A stretch of 64,000 bases of DNA from Octopus vulgaris (taxonomy: Eukaryota): contig OX597817.1 of the NCBI GenBank assembly GCA_951406725.2, positions 85,684,001-85,748,000 on the forward strand, in the 5' to 3' direction. The notes below the pieces were generated by a model. That model worked only from the letters and a program-made list of their open reading frames with translations. It had not been told where the DNA came from and did not search any database. Positions within the stretch are counted from its first letter, which is position 1, and each line of letters opens with the position of its first letter. Shown piece after piece: positions 1 through 13,019 of this stretch. The translations under genes and the position numbers were made by a program.

Positions 1-436
1 TTATATATGTTACATATGTTTGTTGTCAAACTATTACAGACTAGTGTAAAAACTGGCTTTACATGTTTTCCCTCATGTTTAAACTGTTTTCCATTTCCAA
101 ATTGCGATCTTTATACATATGTTACTACATTTCAAACAAAAGTTTAAGCATCTTTTTCTGACTAAGACTAATAATACCATATACATTTCACACACTCACC
201 ACACATACATATGCATGCACACATACACATGTACACATACTTGAAGATGTACAAATGAATCATTATAAAACTTAACTCTGTGTAGTATTTATGTCCATTA
301 ATGTTTCCATTGCTCTTGTAACTTTATAAACTTTATTATAAGAAAGTTTGAAGTTTCAGTTTGTTCAACAAGATAACTTTTAACAAATTTTAACATTTGA
401 TGTTTATTCTTTTTTATTTCATGGTTCATTTCACAG

Positions 437-553
437 TATGAAAGTGATATGAGTTTAACATCATCAACACACCCTCCATCAGCCCTAAGACTAAATTCTT
501 CAGAGGGGTCTCAGGGGAGCGATCTACTGGATGATATCACTAGCAGTTTACAG
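437..553 (+). CDS. Probable internal coding exon (phase 0/0) of an unidentified + strand gene: YESDMSLTSSTHPPSALRLNSSEGSQGSDLLDDITSSLQ
   Basis: Pyrimidine-rich acceptor ttcatttcacAG; exactly 117 bp; only one frame is open; more GC-rich than its flanks; ends at CAG|GCAAGA (GC-type donor). Confidence 0.5.
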
Positions 554-960
554 GCAAGAAAATTTATTTTTTTACTTTTTTTGTAATTCTTGCAAACCCT
601 ATTTACCCTCTCAAGTCTATTACTAGTCAAATGTTACTGCCATCAGCAACTCAGATTCTTATATTTTCTGCATGTGCTACAAAACATTGTATGTTATTGA
701 TATTGACGTCGTTGTTAGCAGTATTACTGGTCTTGTTATTGATTGGGTTGTTGATATATAAACATATTAAAAATGTTCAAGAAACTTGTAAAGTGTGTTA
801 AGACAAAGCTTTACTTACTTAAGAAAAGGATTTTATAAATTACAGAAAACTTTAAGTTAATCTTGACAGGATATTTTGTCAGAAGAAAGAGGGACAACGC
901 TAAATACTGTGTTTAGTTGTGCTCTTTACTATTTGTCATTAACCAATCTGTTTAATGTGA

Positions 961-1325
961 TGTGAAGGAGGAAGAAGACAAAAGCAAAGAGAGAATTGCT
1001 GTAGTCTTACCTGTCAGTATGGAAAGAGTCACTCACAAAGTCCACATGTTCTGTTTCAATCTGGAAGGTTCACTCACAACATCTATGTGCTCCATCTGCC
1101 ACCGTACTGTCTAACATATCTGCTCTCATGTGCTGTCCACCACCAACTGACTGCTTGTGCCTCGCTGACCCTGCATGCCCACTACAGCCTTTCTGGTGGG
1201 ACCCACAAACCCCACTTCCGACAGGACATGCATACTCCCTCACTTCTGATCCTTCCCTACAAAACAGCCTGGCTCATAACACCACACATCCCTAATCTGA
1301 AGATCATTCAACCAGCCTGCCCACA
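961..1325 (-). repeat. Putative 3' LTR (~365 bp)
   Basis: On the minus strand a purine tract (GAAGAGAGGG) follows the integrase stop. It is immediately followed by TGT at 1325, and the segment ends ...TCACA at 961. Confidence 0.6.
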
Positions 1326-3173
1326 CCCTCTCTTCAACCCTGGCCACATGCTTTAACTTGTCTCATAATTAGCCAGCCAGTGAGGAGGGCACTGCTTCCT
1401 CTGCGACCACCATGGGACTTCAGGACTGACTTCAGTTCCTGGCATGTTGCTGCCAGCTTCATCCTCTTGTCCATTACTGTTGGTTCCATCCTCCATTGCA
1501 GTGATGATCCTGTGCACATCCAAAACATGACGTGGTATGCCATCTATGGACACATTGTTCTTCAAATTTACAAAGGTTATTGTCCCCTTTCTCCATTGTG
1601 ATGTGCACCACGTATTTGGGGATTTAACCCAGACTTCTTCCCTGACCTGTACAAAGGCATGCTCTTTCTCTTCTGCAGGTTGTGGCAATGCAGTGCATGG
1701 ATATCTCCACTCGTACTTGAATATTGCCTTCTGTGGCACTGACTCCTCAGCCTGTCCCAACCTTGGTGACATATTATACCAAAAAACAGCCTCGAATGGA
1801 TAAGATGTGTACCCTCTCTGCTATGGTCTTGATGGTGCGAGGATGCCTCTCCACAACCCCATTGCCACTTGGCCAGTATGCCGGCCTGAAGAAACAGAGA
1901 ACATGCCACGGAACATTTCCCCCAGCAGCTCCTAGTGAAATACATGGGGCCTCGTTCTAGGAATAACTCAGTATTCTTGTGATTTCTTCCATGGTCCCCA
2001 TTTCCATCAGCCTCCATATGGCCAACTGCCCCAGTCAGCAATCGACCATCAAGAGCTATATCCCCTGCCAGTAGCATGTCATGTCCACTGCCAGTCATTT
2101 CCAGTTGTGTTCCACTGGAATGCTTCCTGCCTCATGCACACTCAGAGCAAGGTCAATGGACTGGCACCTGTCACAGCTCCCAACTACTCTTTGCACACTC
2201 TATCTGGTTATGTCAGAGTCAACATTCCTGGCTAGGACAGGGTTCTGTCCACCCCCATAAGATGCATGGTATGCAAGCTCCTCAGCTCTAAGTCACTCAG
2301 TTGACACACTGCAGCCACTCCTTGCTCCAGATCCTCTGGCACCTGCAACCAGGCTTTCTTTATTCTGGTCAGGACGTCCACTCTATTCCTCTCGAAGAGC
2401 ACAAAAACCACGCTCAGCCTCAGGTCAAACTCAGCAGCTAGCTCACCCAAAATTCCCAAACGGAGTTTTATCAGCATCTTTGCACCCTCTTTGGTTTGCA
2501 CCTTCCGCTCATCAGTGAGCACTGATCCCACTCATCTAAGTACAGTGGCCAAATCAGTTCGGACCTCAATGGTATGCAGCCCCCACCTCAGGGCCAGGTT
2601 CAGCCCCTTCAACACGGCATCCAGCTCCGCCACATTGATATTGTTGCATTCATCCTTCTTCCTGAGCCAGGCCACATCCTCCACCACAACACCTCCAATT
2701 TCCAGGACAACTCCTGTTGCTATGCTGCTGGTATCACACCACATGATCCCATTCTTTAGTTTGGGCACAGACCTGTTTCTTTTTACTGGGTCCTCCACAG
2801 TCACTCTCTCCAAGACTTCTTGCATCATGGCAGTTGTCTTCTCGCCCACATTATCACTCCACCTTACTCCTTCAGCTCACCTCTTGATGAAGCTGCATGC
2901 CATCTGGAGCCATCCTGCAATCGGGTAGTGTCCCAGCAGCTTCCAACACACAGAAAACAGTTCCCACCTACTTGTCTTGGAGCCCAGTTCTGGGGTCTCA
3001 TTTCCTCTCCAAAACACCAATGCACCAGCCTTATCTCTCTGTAGCTTGAGTCCCAGTGCATCTCCTCCTTCCATTGCCTCCGGCAGTTTGGCAGTTAGCC
3101 CAAAACTCTTTCAAGTGGCTTATTACTCCTTTGCCAACATTATGCTCTCATCCACCAGGATATCATCAATATA
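961..3173 (-). mobile_element. 5'-truncated, decayed Gypsy-like LTR retrotransposon (partial RT, RNase H, integrase, 3' LTR)
   Basis: Minus-strand YIDDILV RT motif at ~3151-3173; RNase H-like WCDTSSIATGVVLE...NVAELDAV (2532-2849); integrase zinc-finger HxxHxG-like segment (2232-2290); integrase C-terminal segment (1353-1772); domain order RT-RH-INT; stops and frameshifts. Confidence 0.8.
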
Positions 3174-3177
3174 TATA

Positions 3178-3605
3178 TCTTTACATTCTGTGTTCATATT
3201 TTGCTGAGGTCAAATCTGTCTTTCATCCTTCATTTTTTTTTTTTTTTTTGCGAGGGAGGGCTTCCAATAAAATAAGTGCCATTTGAGCAATAAGGCCGAT
3301 ATAATCAACTTATTCCCTGCCCTGAAATTGCTGGCCTTGTGCCAAAAATTGAAACTATTGTTGTTGTTGTTGTTTTGCTGTTAAGGTAGCGAGCTGGCAG
3401 AATTGTTACCACACCAGGCAAAATGCTTAGCAGTTGTTCATCTGTCTTTACATTCTGAGTTCAAATTCCACCAAGGTCAACTTTGCTTTTAATTCTTTCA
3501 GGATCGATAAAATAAGTACCAGTTGAAAACTAGTGTCAATATAACTGATTTAGCCCCATCCTCAAAACTACTACCCTTGTGCTAAAATTTGCAACCTCTA
3601 TTATT
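3178..3605 (+). mobile_element. Two Meta-type tRNA-derived SINE copies (first is 5'-truncated)
   Basis: Both match the family aaggyggcgagctggcagaa...gagttcaaattcc...tttgcctttcatcc...gataaaataagtaccag that recurs throughout the window. Confidence 0.7.
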
Positions 3606-4896
3606 ACTACTACTTCTACAACTATAGAGTCTTATTACTGAAATTTATTTTAAAAAGTACTACGTTTACTCATTATGCACATTAGAAACACTTTTATTTC
3701 ACTCAATAACTCTTGTCAAAGTTTTTTTTTTTCTTTTTGGCATCTCTTTAATAAACAACCTTTTCACACAGAAGATCCAGTTATAGCTGCTTAGACTTTT
3801 ATTCTCAGTATTATTAAATTCTCTTTATCACTTTTACTTATTTGTGGAAAACAGCTGTGTGTCTAAAGAATTTACAGATCTTTTTTTCTTTTGTCTAAAC
3901 TATCTTGAAAAAATTTCACAAACAGCTACATCAGATTTTAAACATTGAAATCTCATACAGCTTACATGCGAGTTAACTTTTAAGAGGCCATCTAGTAGCT
4001 TCTAAAACTGATGAAATATTGTCTGCTAGCAATTATAGTAAAGCAATTCATTTATAAGTTAGATAATATAAAGGGGAATGGATGAACCATCCTAATAGAA
4101 GGAAATAATTAAGTTAATACACTTTTTCTTCATGTAAAGTCATTAAATAGATTATTTATTTTTCTCAGTAATCCTCCAACAATTTCAGTTTTTCTTCAAC
4201 ATTCTCATTAGCATTTTATGTTATTCCTGACTGACAACTATTACAGCTTTCAGTCTTTTAATCAGTCACTTTAAAATATATCAAGTTGCTGTCAGTTTTG
4301 ACGTGTCAGCAAAGACCAAACTTATTTTTCAGAGTTCACATTTAAGTAATTTTGCTTTAAAATCCTTTAAATGTTGTTTTGATTGTTATTGTTGTTATTG
4401 TTTCTTTTTTTCTTTTGTTTTTATCCTTTTTGATAATCCTTCCACAAAAACTATATCCTACTGAAGAATTCAGAAGAAAATGCTTGCAAAACAAAAATAT
4501 ACTTTTGGATTACAATGAAATGAGAGACTTAATTTTATTCTTTCATGGTAATGAAATAAATGTGATTACTTTCTGTCTTTATATGTTAGATGAGCATTTT
4601 CAAAGGTACTGTAGTAATAAATAGTATCTTCGGGCATCAAGGTGCTCTCCAAAGAGCAGGTTCTTAACTCCAGTTACCCCTCAAGAGAATGCCAGTCTAT
4701 TAGAGGTAACCTCCTTATATTAGCTCTAGTACTTATTGCCAGCATCTAGAGTAAACAGAAGTGTTTAACCCAGAAACACAATGAAACAAGACCAGCAGAC
4801 TTGAAGTCATAATCCCTCAGCAAGTCAACCAATATCTTTTTCTTACTTGACTATTTTTCTACTATACAAGTGTATCTATATATATGTATGTATGAA

Positions 4897-4942
<46 letters not shown>

Positions 4943-4999
4943 CATGTGTGTGTGTATGCATGTACACACACACACACACACAAAACATTTATAAGGAAA

Positions 5000-6660
5000 A
5001 GGTTGACACTGAGGTTTTCACTCGCTCACCTCCATACATATGTATTGAGGTTGTTATATAAATTTGTTCATTTTAACCATTTATTTTTCATCAACAATTT
5101 TTTAAAATCAGTCAATAATATATTTTCCTTCATTGTCCACAGCTTCTTGCCAGCACTCCTTTAGTTTGTAAATATGTTGGCAGTAGAAACTACGGGGTTT
5201 TGACTCAAAGAATTCATGTTTTCAGCTCCACATCATTGTTAAATGAAACACCTAAAAGACTGTTGGAGAGCAACCAGGAAGTGTGATAATTTGAAGATGC
5301 AATATCAGGATATATTGGTTGTGATAGAACTTCCTAACAAAGCTCTTGAATAGTATTTTTTGTCAATTTAGCAACACAGGGGCTAAGCCATTCCTTACGC
5401 TGCTTCATATTGATGTACATGCACCATTTTTCATTGCCAGTAACGATTCGGTAAAGAAATGAGTTGAGCGGTGACAAGCAAGCAAACCAGCGGAGATTGT
5501 GGCTCGTTGATTTTTGTTGTTGTCACTGAAAGCATGCAGAACCCATACACCATACGTCTGAATCTTTCCCATCAAATGAAGATGCTTCTCTATAGCAGTG
5601 TGAATGCATTCCTTTTTCTCTGCCAGTTCCCTTGTCATTTGACGAGAATTTTCATGCAAAAGTTGGTTAAATTGCTCTTCATCAAACTCAACTGGACAGC
5701 CAGAACAAGGTGCATCTTTGAGGTCAAAATTTCCATTTTTGAACTTGGCATATCAATCACAAGCAGTTCTTTCAGCTATGGCACCCTCTCCATGCACAGC
5801 ACAAATGTCGCAAGCAGCTTTTGCAGCCTTAGAACCTTGATTAAAAGCAAAAAGAAGGAGGTGTCGAAAATGCTCGTTTTTCTTAACTTGACATTCCATT
5901 TTAATGATCTGAAAATAAACAAAAAATAGATTCCAAAATTTAAAACGCAATAAATTCCAAAATTAAAAAAATGGTGAGAACTTAGTTGCCAACCCAATAG
6001 TTGTTTTCAAACATTTTGTTTTCAAGGATTTCCCAATCCCATCAAATGCAGATCATTATCTTGCATGGATGCAGATCTGGCTTGGCTTGAGGTGTTGCTT
6101 GCTCACCAAGGCTCATCCATTCTATTTTCTGCTTCATATTAACATAAAGACTTTATTTTTCATCAACAGTAATTAATGCTGTAGTAAGGGATTCTTTGTT
6201 TGTGTCTGTGAGTAACCTGATGTCAAGTAAGCAAACTGGTATCAATAGAGGGAGCTGGATTTTGTCTCATTCGTTCAAAATGTGTGGCACCTATGTGCCA
6301 AGTTTTTAGACCTTCCCCATTGAGTGAAGATGACAGGTGACAGCGTCATGAAAGCATCCCATCTGCAGGGTCAATTCCCTTGTGGATTGGTGCAGTTTCT
6401 CATGGATGAGCTTCTTCAATCATTCACCATTGAACTGAACAGGTTAGTCAGAATGCAGTGTCTATGAAATCAAATTTTCCCTCCTTGAAGAATGAAAATC
6501 ATTTCTATGCAGTTCTTTCAGTACCTTCTTCATACACAGCACAAATGTCTTGAGTGGTTCTGGCAGTCTAAGAACCTAAAATGAAAGCTAATAGAAGGAG
6601 GTGTTGATAAGGTTCGTTTTTTTCCTATTTGGCATTCCATCCTCATATATCTGAAAAGGA
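5000..6660 (-). mobile_element. Old mariner-like relic interrupted by a younger mariner fragment
   Basis: Degenerate mariner-like coding remnants lie on both sides (5100-5380, 6000-6650) of the insert below. Confidence 0.45.
5383..5997 (-). mobile_element. Partial mariner element (5' half), same family as 36903-38189
   Basis: TIR gaacttagttgccaacccaa+TA at 5978-5999; MECQVKKNEHFRHLLLFAFNQG N-terminus; WVLHAFSDNNK (WVPHEL-like motif). Confidence 0.85.
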
Positions 6661-6978
6661 GTAAAATAATCTGAATGTATAATTTCAGATTTAAATCAAT
6701 TTTAATGATTATAAATGTGTCTATTTACTTCTGTCATGTGTGTGTGTATCACAAGCACTCATTTTATGTACAAAGGTGATCACACAACAACGTAGATGCA
6801 TCCAAAATCTAAAGTTTGGCACTTGCTGGATTATGTCATTATCTGTAAGCATGACAACTATGACATTTGTACTGTCAAGCCCTTTCATCAATTGGAATGC
6901 TAGTCTGGTGCAAGCAAAGTTCGGGATGATGATTAGAGTGAAAGAGAGAAGAGGGCCAGTATATATATATATATATAT

Positions 6979-7738
6979 ACAGGGTGTGGTGAATAAACTG
7001 TCAACTAAAGTATGGAAAAAGAAAATAACACTGACATCCTATTTTAACAAATATATTTACCAAAATTACATAAGAATATTTTGAAATACTAAAGAGTAAA
7101 TTTATTCAATAAAATCGACATTGCCTTCAACCACAGCCTCCAGACAACCTTGGAATCTCCTGCAACTATTCTGGATGGTCTCCTTGTTTAAGTTGGTGAA
7201 TGCTGTCATAATCATTGCTTTCGGTTCATCTTTGGTGTTACAAGGAGTTTTGTTGATCTCTTGCTCAACTGTGCCCCACACATAATAATCAAATGTGTGA
7301 TCATAGACTGTTCTTGAAATATAACTTTTCCAGTGATAGTGCTTCAAAATGTGATGGATGCTTGATTTTGAAATTTCTATCTCATGAGTCATTTACCACA
7401 CAAATTTTCTCGCACTCTGGCAACAGGATTCTAGTAAACTTTCTTGCTTTGCGCTCATCAAAGTCTGCTGACTTCTGGAATGTTTCTTGTAGACATTCTA
7501 AACAGTTTCCTCTGCTTCAAACTTACCTCTAAATTGAGTGATGGTAAATTGCATAAGTGCATCTGTTTGAAACTCGCCACTGCATTTTCAAACTTCCAGT
7601 AGCACTTTTGAATAAATTTCCTTTGTTCAAAGCTTAGTCTGAGACCCTTCACTATTTCTAATGGGTTAAGTTTAAAAAGAAATGAAAATTGAGTTACCAG
7701 TTGTTAAAGTGTGTGTACATTTTGGGGAGACATATGTA
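6979..7738 (-). mobile_element. Internally deleted Tc1/mariner-superfamily element
   Basis: Starts TA|CAGGGTG in a TA run; minus-strand fragments LSFEQRKFIQKCYWK (HTH-like N-terminus) and DYYVWGTVEQEINKTPCNT...CRRFQGCLEAVVEGN (Tc1-like C-terminus). Confidence 0.65.
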
Positions 7739-8200
7739 TTATATATGTAAGATCCAGAGATTGAGGTGTAGGAAGAAAGTTAGCTTCAAACAATCCGTAG
7801 TAAATATAAAAAAAACAACTTTCAGGGACAATAGTGGTTTATTGAGACAGAAGGTTGTGGATTTTTTTCCTATCAAAGAATGGTAAGTTGAGAGATCTTT
7901 TTATATTCCATGGTAGGTGACCAGGGTTGCCAGGTGTGCAAATAAGAATACAAGAATTACAGAATGAAGGATCTTTCCTACTGCATTCTGTAAATCTTTT
8001 ATACATATATATATATATATTTCTGTTTGAGTTAGAGGTTAGGAAACCAACCAACTAAGGGATAGTACCTATCCAATATACTGCTGGTAGTGTGCCCAAT
8101 TATTCATACTCAAGTGCTGTTTATTGCATGGCAATCTCGCAATTGAATGTTATATATGGACGGAAGTAAAAAGTGGTTTACCCTTAATTTATACAGCAAA

Positions 8201-8901
8201 TAAGAAATTGGAGAGGATGCAAAAACGATATATATCAGTCAGTAGACATTCTAGTATGTCTATTTATTCAAAAGTATTAGAAAATATAAGAAGAATACAT
8301 ACACATGTAATAACTATGTGTTACATACACATGTACTAATATTACAGAAAAGAGCAAAAGAGTAAAAGATCAGATTGTCAGTGGTTTCTAGTTCCTTACG
8401 GCTGTTTTTGCCAAGTGGCAACGAAATTCTGCACGCCATCTCCATCTACTCAGTGTTCTGCAGGGGTGGGCAGATAAAGTTTGGATGATGAATGTGCCTC
8501 TAGGCTTCTTCAGAAGGTCTAACTGGTTGGGAGGGTTAATACATATAAGAAGCATATAAGACAAATACACTGTACATAATGTTAACTGTTTCTTATATGT
8601 ATTAACCCTCCCAACCAGTTAGACCTTCTGAAGAAGCCTAGAGGCACATTCGTCATCCAAACTTTATCTGCCCACCCCTGCAGAACACTGAGGAGATGGA
8701 GATGGCATGGAGAATTTCGTTGCCACTTGGCAGAAAGAGCCATAAGAAACTAGAAACTACTGACAATTTTATCTTTTGCTCTTTTCTGTATTTATAGTTA
8801 TTACATGTGTACGTATTCTTCCAATACTTTTGAATAAATAGACATACTAGAATGTCTACCAGCTGATGGATGTCATTTTTGCATCCTCTCCATTTTCTTA
8901 T
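8201..8901. repeat. Long inverted repeat (arms ~8201-8551 and ~8590-8901), probably an inverted Penelope-like terminal repeat
   Basis: The arms are reverse complements, near-perfect over the inner ~110 bp, around a ~38-bp spacer. Each arm holds a degenerate hammerhead core. Confidence 0.85.
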
Positions 8902-9022
8902 AAGTCTGAATAAAATGCATTCAACTCTAGAAAATGTTTTTGAGCAGTACTATATTGCGCAGTCATTGGTTATGGCCTGTTGGAAAGTTGGCATTGGTTG
9001 TGTAAAGAGGTTATATGCCTCA

Positions 9023-9097
9023 GGTCAGTAGGTCTGATGAGTCACCTGTATTGTTAAGTGCAATTATAGACATGAAACCAATGGTAATTTTCTGACC
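9023..9097 (+). ncRNA. Putative minimal type I hammerhead ribozyme, copy 1
   Basis: CTGATGA 9034-9040; GAAAC 9074-9078; GTA cleavage triplet 9084-9086; stem I ggtcagtaggt/attttctgacc (10 of 11 paired); stem III ACC/GGT; stem II gtc...gac. Confidence 0.7.
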
Positions 9098-9220
9098 GAC
9101 CATAACCAATAAGTACATAAAATACCCGTGTGAGTGTGTGTGTGTGTGTGTGTTGCGCAGTCATTGGTTATGGCCTGTTGGAAAGTTGGCATTGGTTGTG
9201 TAAAGAGGTTATATGCCTCA

Positions 9221-9295
9221 GGTCAGTAGGTCTGATGAGTCACCTGTATTGTTAAGTGCAATTATAGACATGAAACCAATGGTAATTTTCTGACC
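9221..9295 (+). ncRNA. Putative minimal type I hammerhead ribozyme, copy 2
   Basis: Identical to copy 1, shifted by 198 bp (CTGATGA 9232-9238, GAAAC 9272-9276, GTA 9282-9284). Confidence 0.7.
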
Positions 9296-9409
9296 GACCA
9301 TAACCAATAAGTACATAAAATACCCGTGTGAGTGTGTGTGTGTGTGTGTCTATCTGTGTGTGTGTATGCATACAAGCATGCATGCATACAGTCATACATA
9401 CATACATGT

Positions 9410-9808
9410 TCTTTTATTCTTTTACTTGTTTCAGTCACTTGACTGCAGCCATGTTGGAGCACCACTTTTAATTGAACAAATCACCCCCCAGGACTTATTC
9501 TTTGTAAGCCTAGTACTTATTCTATCGGTCTATTTTGCTGAATTGTTAAGTTACGGGGATGTAAACACACCAACATCGGTTGTCAAGCCATGGTGAGGTG
9601 ATAAGCACAGACACAAATAACAAATACACATATATATACATATATATATATATGACAGGCTTCTTTCAGTTTCCACCTACCAAGTCCACTCACAAGGCTT
9701 TGGTCGGCCCGAGGCTATAGTAGAAAACACATGCCCAAGGTGCCACACAGTGGGACTGAACCCGGAACCAAGTGGGAAGCAAACTTCTTGCCACACAGCC
9801 ACACTGCC
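9410..9808 (-). mobile_element. CORE-type tRNA-derived SINE (octopus OR/OK-like)
   Basis: tRNA-like head, ccttgggca-type CORE-like box, internal TA/TG microsatellite, tail gactgaaacaagtaaaaga. Confidence 0.75.
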
Positions 9809-10349
9809 TCTGTGTGTGTGTGTGTGTATATTAAATGAGCTCTCTATTAAATCCTTAAAAAAGAATAAAATGAAATAAAATCTAAGAAGTATACTCAGGA
9901 AAGGAAGGAAATCTTAAGGCAAGAGAGATTTTATTATCAAAGTATTAACATTCTTTGAGGATTGTTTCCAGATATAATTTCATGGACTGGTGAATTTGTA
10001 GCTAAGCAAATATCCTTTAGTTAGTCATTATATTCAATTATGTTTTGGTAAATTAAAAACAAACCAAATCTCCTGTGTATATTTTAAGTTTAATTTTTTA
10101 GCTATTCTCCTCATTTATAGAGTCATAAAATTATGAGTGGGTCTAGCCACCCTGGTCTTACTTCAGGAAATTATTTGCATGCTAAAAATTGTACTCTTTC
10201 TATGAAACAAACACATTTTGAAATCAATATAGGCAGATAATGTACTTGTTTGAGGATATCAAATAAAAATATTATCAACAATGAACACAACACAAACACT
10301 ACCACCACCACCATCACCAGCTACAACAATCACCATAACGATAGTAACA

Positions 10350-12420
10350 CCAATAGCATCCTACGCTCTATCTTTTATAACCCCAACAACAAATCATACA
10401 ACATGATGAGGATCTACCCCACAGATTTACCCTTCAACAAAAGAGTACATATCCCACCACAGATTGATAGTGAGACAGAGGCAAAGATTTCCTTAGCTAG
10501 AAATAGACTCCGACACATCTTAGACTGGTACAACAAAACCACTAAAAATTATAATGAGGGGGAAACCCACCAACTCAGTTCATCTGTTGCCTACAAAAAC
10601 TGAAACAGGGAATTAGTGTGCCTCCCTATGGACAAGCCTAGCAAACTGTTGATAAACATCCCACAGAACTATGTCCAGACCATGCAACAACACATCAGGA
10701 GCATGAGAGAAGTTGCACCTCAGGAACATGAAAGAGTGGATAAACTCCTCAATGCACACATGGGAATGTAGTGCAACATAATCCAACCCAAGAAATGGAT
10801 TGCACAAATTTTTCAAGCATTCAACAACGATGTTCTTACACTATATGGGTTATGTAAGGACCATAAACCTTACGTAAACCCTGTTATGGGGCCTCCAACC
10901 TGGCCAGTTTGCAGAGCGAATATTTCCAGCATTTATAGTTACAACCACTCATTGAAATATCCCCAGATGTCCGTGTGAGCATGTAGGATCTCCTCAGTAG
11001 AATCAGTAGTTACAACTACTCCAACGACCTCACAGGTTGTCTAGTGGGTAGTATGGATGTAGTTTCTCTCTACCGATCTATAGACATAGATTTTACTGTG
11101 GAAAAATACATTGAGATTATCAGTGAGAGGGAAGTAGTTCCATGAAGTCAACACAAGGGAACTGGACCTCCTCCTTAAACTAAGCTATGACTGTAACTTC
11201 CTAGACAACCATGACATTAGTAGATTCTGCCCTACAAGGTCACAGAGAGGAAGACCACCCACCATCACCTAGGCAGTGAAGAAAAGCACCACAGAACACT
11301 GGAGAGATTGGACCATACCCACCCAGGGCCCTGAGAACAGCAGTCAGGTGAAAGAAATTATTGTGCATGCAATAGGGGGTAGCATAAGAACCACCTTGAA
11401 GAACCGCATAGTAAAGTTTAACAGGAAACTGTACATGCAGGCTCAAGGTGCTTCCACCAAATTATTAAGGTAACTATAGATTACCCCACTAAGTACCCTA
11501 ACAATAGACTCCCTGTCCTTGATACTGAACTTTGGTTAGAGACTGTGAACAATAGGGTGCAGCTCCTCCACTCCTATTACATGAAACTCATAGCTTCTAA
11601 ATATGTTGTTCAGAAACCAGCTTTGTCACATATCATGAAAATCAACATAGTGATAGTAGACTTAAGATAATGAGTGTGTCCCCACTATGCAAACCCTATG
11701 AAACAAAGAAACATGTACAGAACTTTATGCACTGCATGCAATTCTCTGGATATTATCAGAAAGATAGGGTTTGGGTATACAGGAGAGCTAGAAAGAAGTT
11801 AGCATTATATGTAATGAAACTAGTGGTACCTGCCCTGGAATAGGATACAAAGAGTTTGTGACAAAGCAAACAGGATGAACACATGATACAAGACCAACAA
11901 ATATCAAGGAATGATGTTTGTAGAGGCCACAACTCTATGGAGAACTAACCCAAAGATTTAGGAAACATCTGAAGGAGGCCACACACAACTTTAAGATCGT
12001 TGATAAGCTAGGGAGTTCTATCAGACCACAACTATGTAGGATTTACCCCTTTGAGAATATCATATGCACCAATGATAACTGCATAATATGTAAGATTGAC
12101 CCTGGTATTGACTGTAGAATTAGAAATGTAGTCTACTGCATAAGGTGCATAGAGGATGCTTGTAAAGCCGAAAACATGATATATATAAGTGAGACATCTA
12201 GAAGCATTGTGGAGAAAGTAAATGAACATTTGAGACAATATGACGCCAAGAAATAGTCGTCCATACTCTACCAACATGCCAAAGACCAGCATAGAGTCAC
12301 ACTGGGTCAACTTGAGATCTGCATTTTATCCACATACCCGGAGGACTCAACACTCAGACAAATACAGGAGTACGTCCTCATAAATGAAACATCCCCAGTA
12401 CTAAATAGGAAATGTACGTA
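10350..12420 (+). mobile_element. Decayed Penelope-like retroelement (RT + GIY-YIG endonuclease)
   Basis: VGSMDVVSLYRSID (~11044-11085); FNRKLYMQAQG (~11416-11449); RLPVLDTELW...YYMK thumb segment; NVVYCIRC...ETSRS...EH GIY-YIG-like segment (~12125-12230); many stops; the YxDD region appears deleted. Confidence 0.75.
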
Positions 12421-12863
12421 GAAGGTAGTCAAACCCCAATACCCACAATTTATATATACACAGGCAGAGTTGTTAGTAGGCGGTTATGTAGACATGGGGG
12501 GCAGGTAAATGGATATGTAAGTAAACAGATAGATAAATAGATAGATACATAGGTAATATGAACAGACAAGCACACTCACACACACACATAAACACATACA
12601 TACACAAATGAAGACTGAAACACATGACCATATACACACATGCACACTTCGCAAACTCTCACAAGGACACATGGAGACACAGCCATACATAACAGATGCA
12701 CATGCATAGTCACACAAATCCATACACATAGACACATTCAAACATGCACACACAAGGAGACAGGAGTACACACACAAATACACATACACACACACAAACA
12801 TGAACACACAAACACATTAATATGCAGAATACATACATACAAACGTACACACATGCATACATA

Positions 12864-12901
<38 letters not shown>

Positions 12902-12985
12902 TACACACACATACATGCATACACACACACACATACATACATACATACATACATGCATACATACATACATACATGCATGCATACA

Positions 12986-13019
<34 letters not shown>

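Larger units (their letters stand above)
8955..9349 (+). repeat. Exact direct tandem duplication, 198-bp unit
   Basis: ttgcgcagtcattgg starts at 8955 and 9153; the units appear identical and each ends in (TG)n. Confidence 0.9.

Noticed and set aside
4430-4606. Exon-like stretch KLYPTEEFRRKCLQNKNILLDYNEMRDLILFFH with downstream GT sites
   Set aside because: There is no AG at the end of the pyrimidine tract (ccacaa); it cannot be supported without RNA data.
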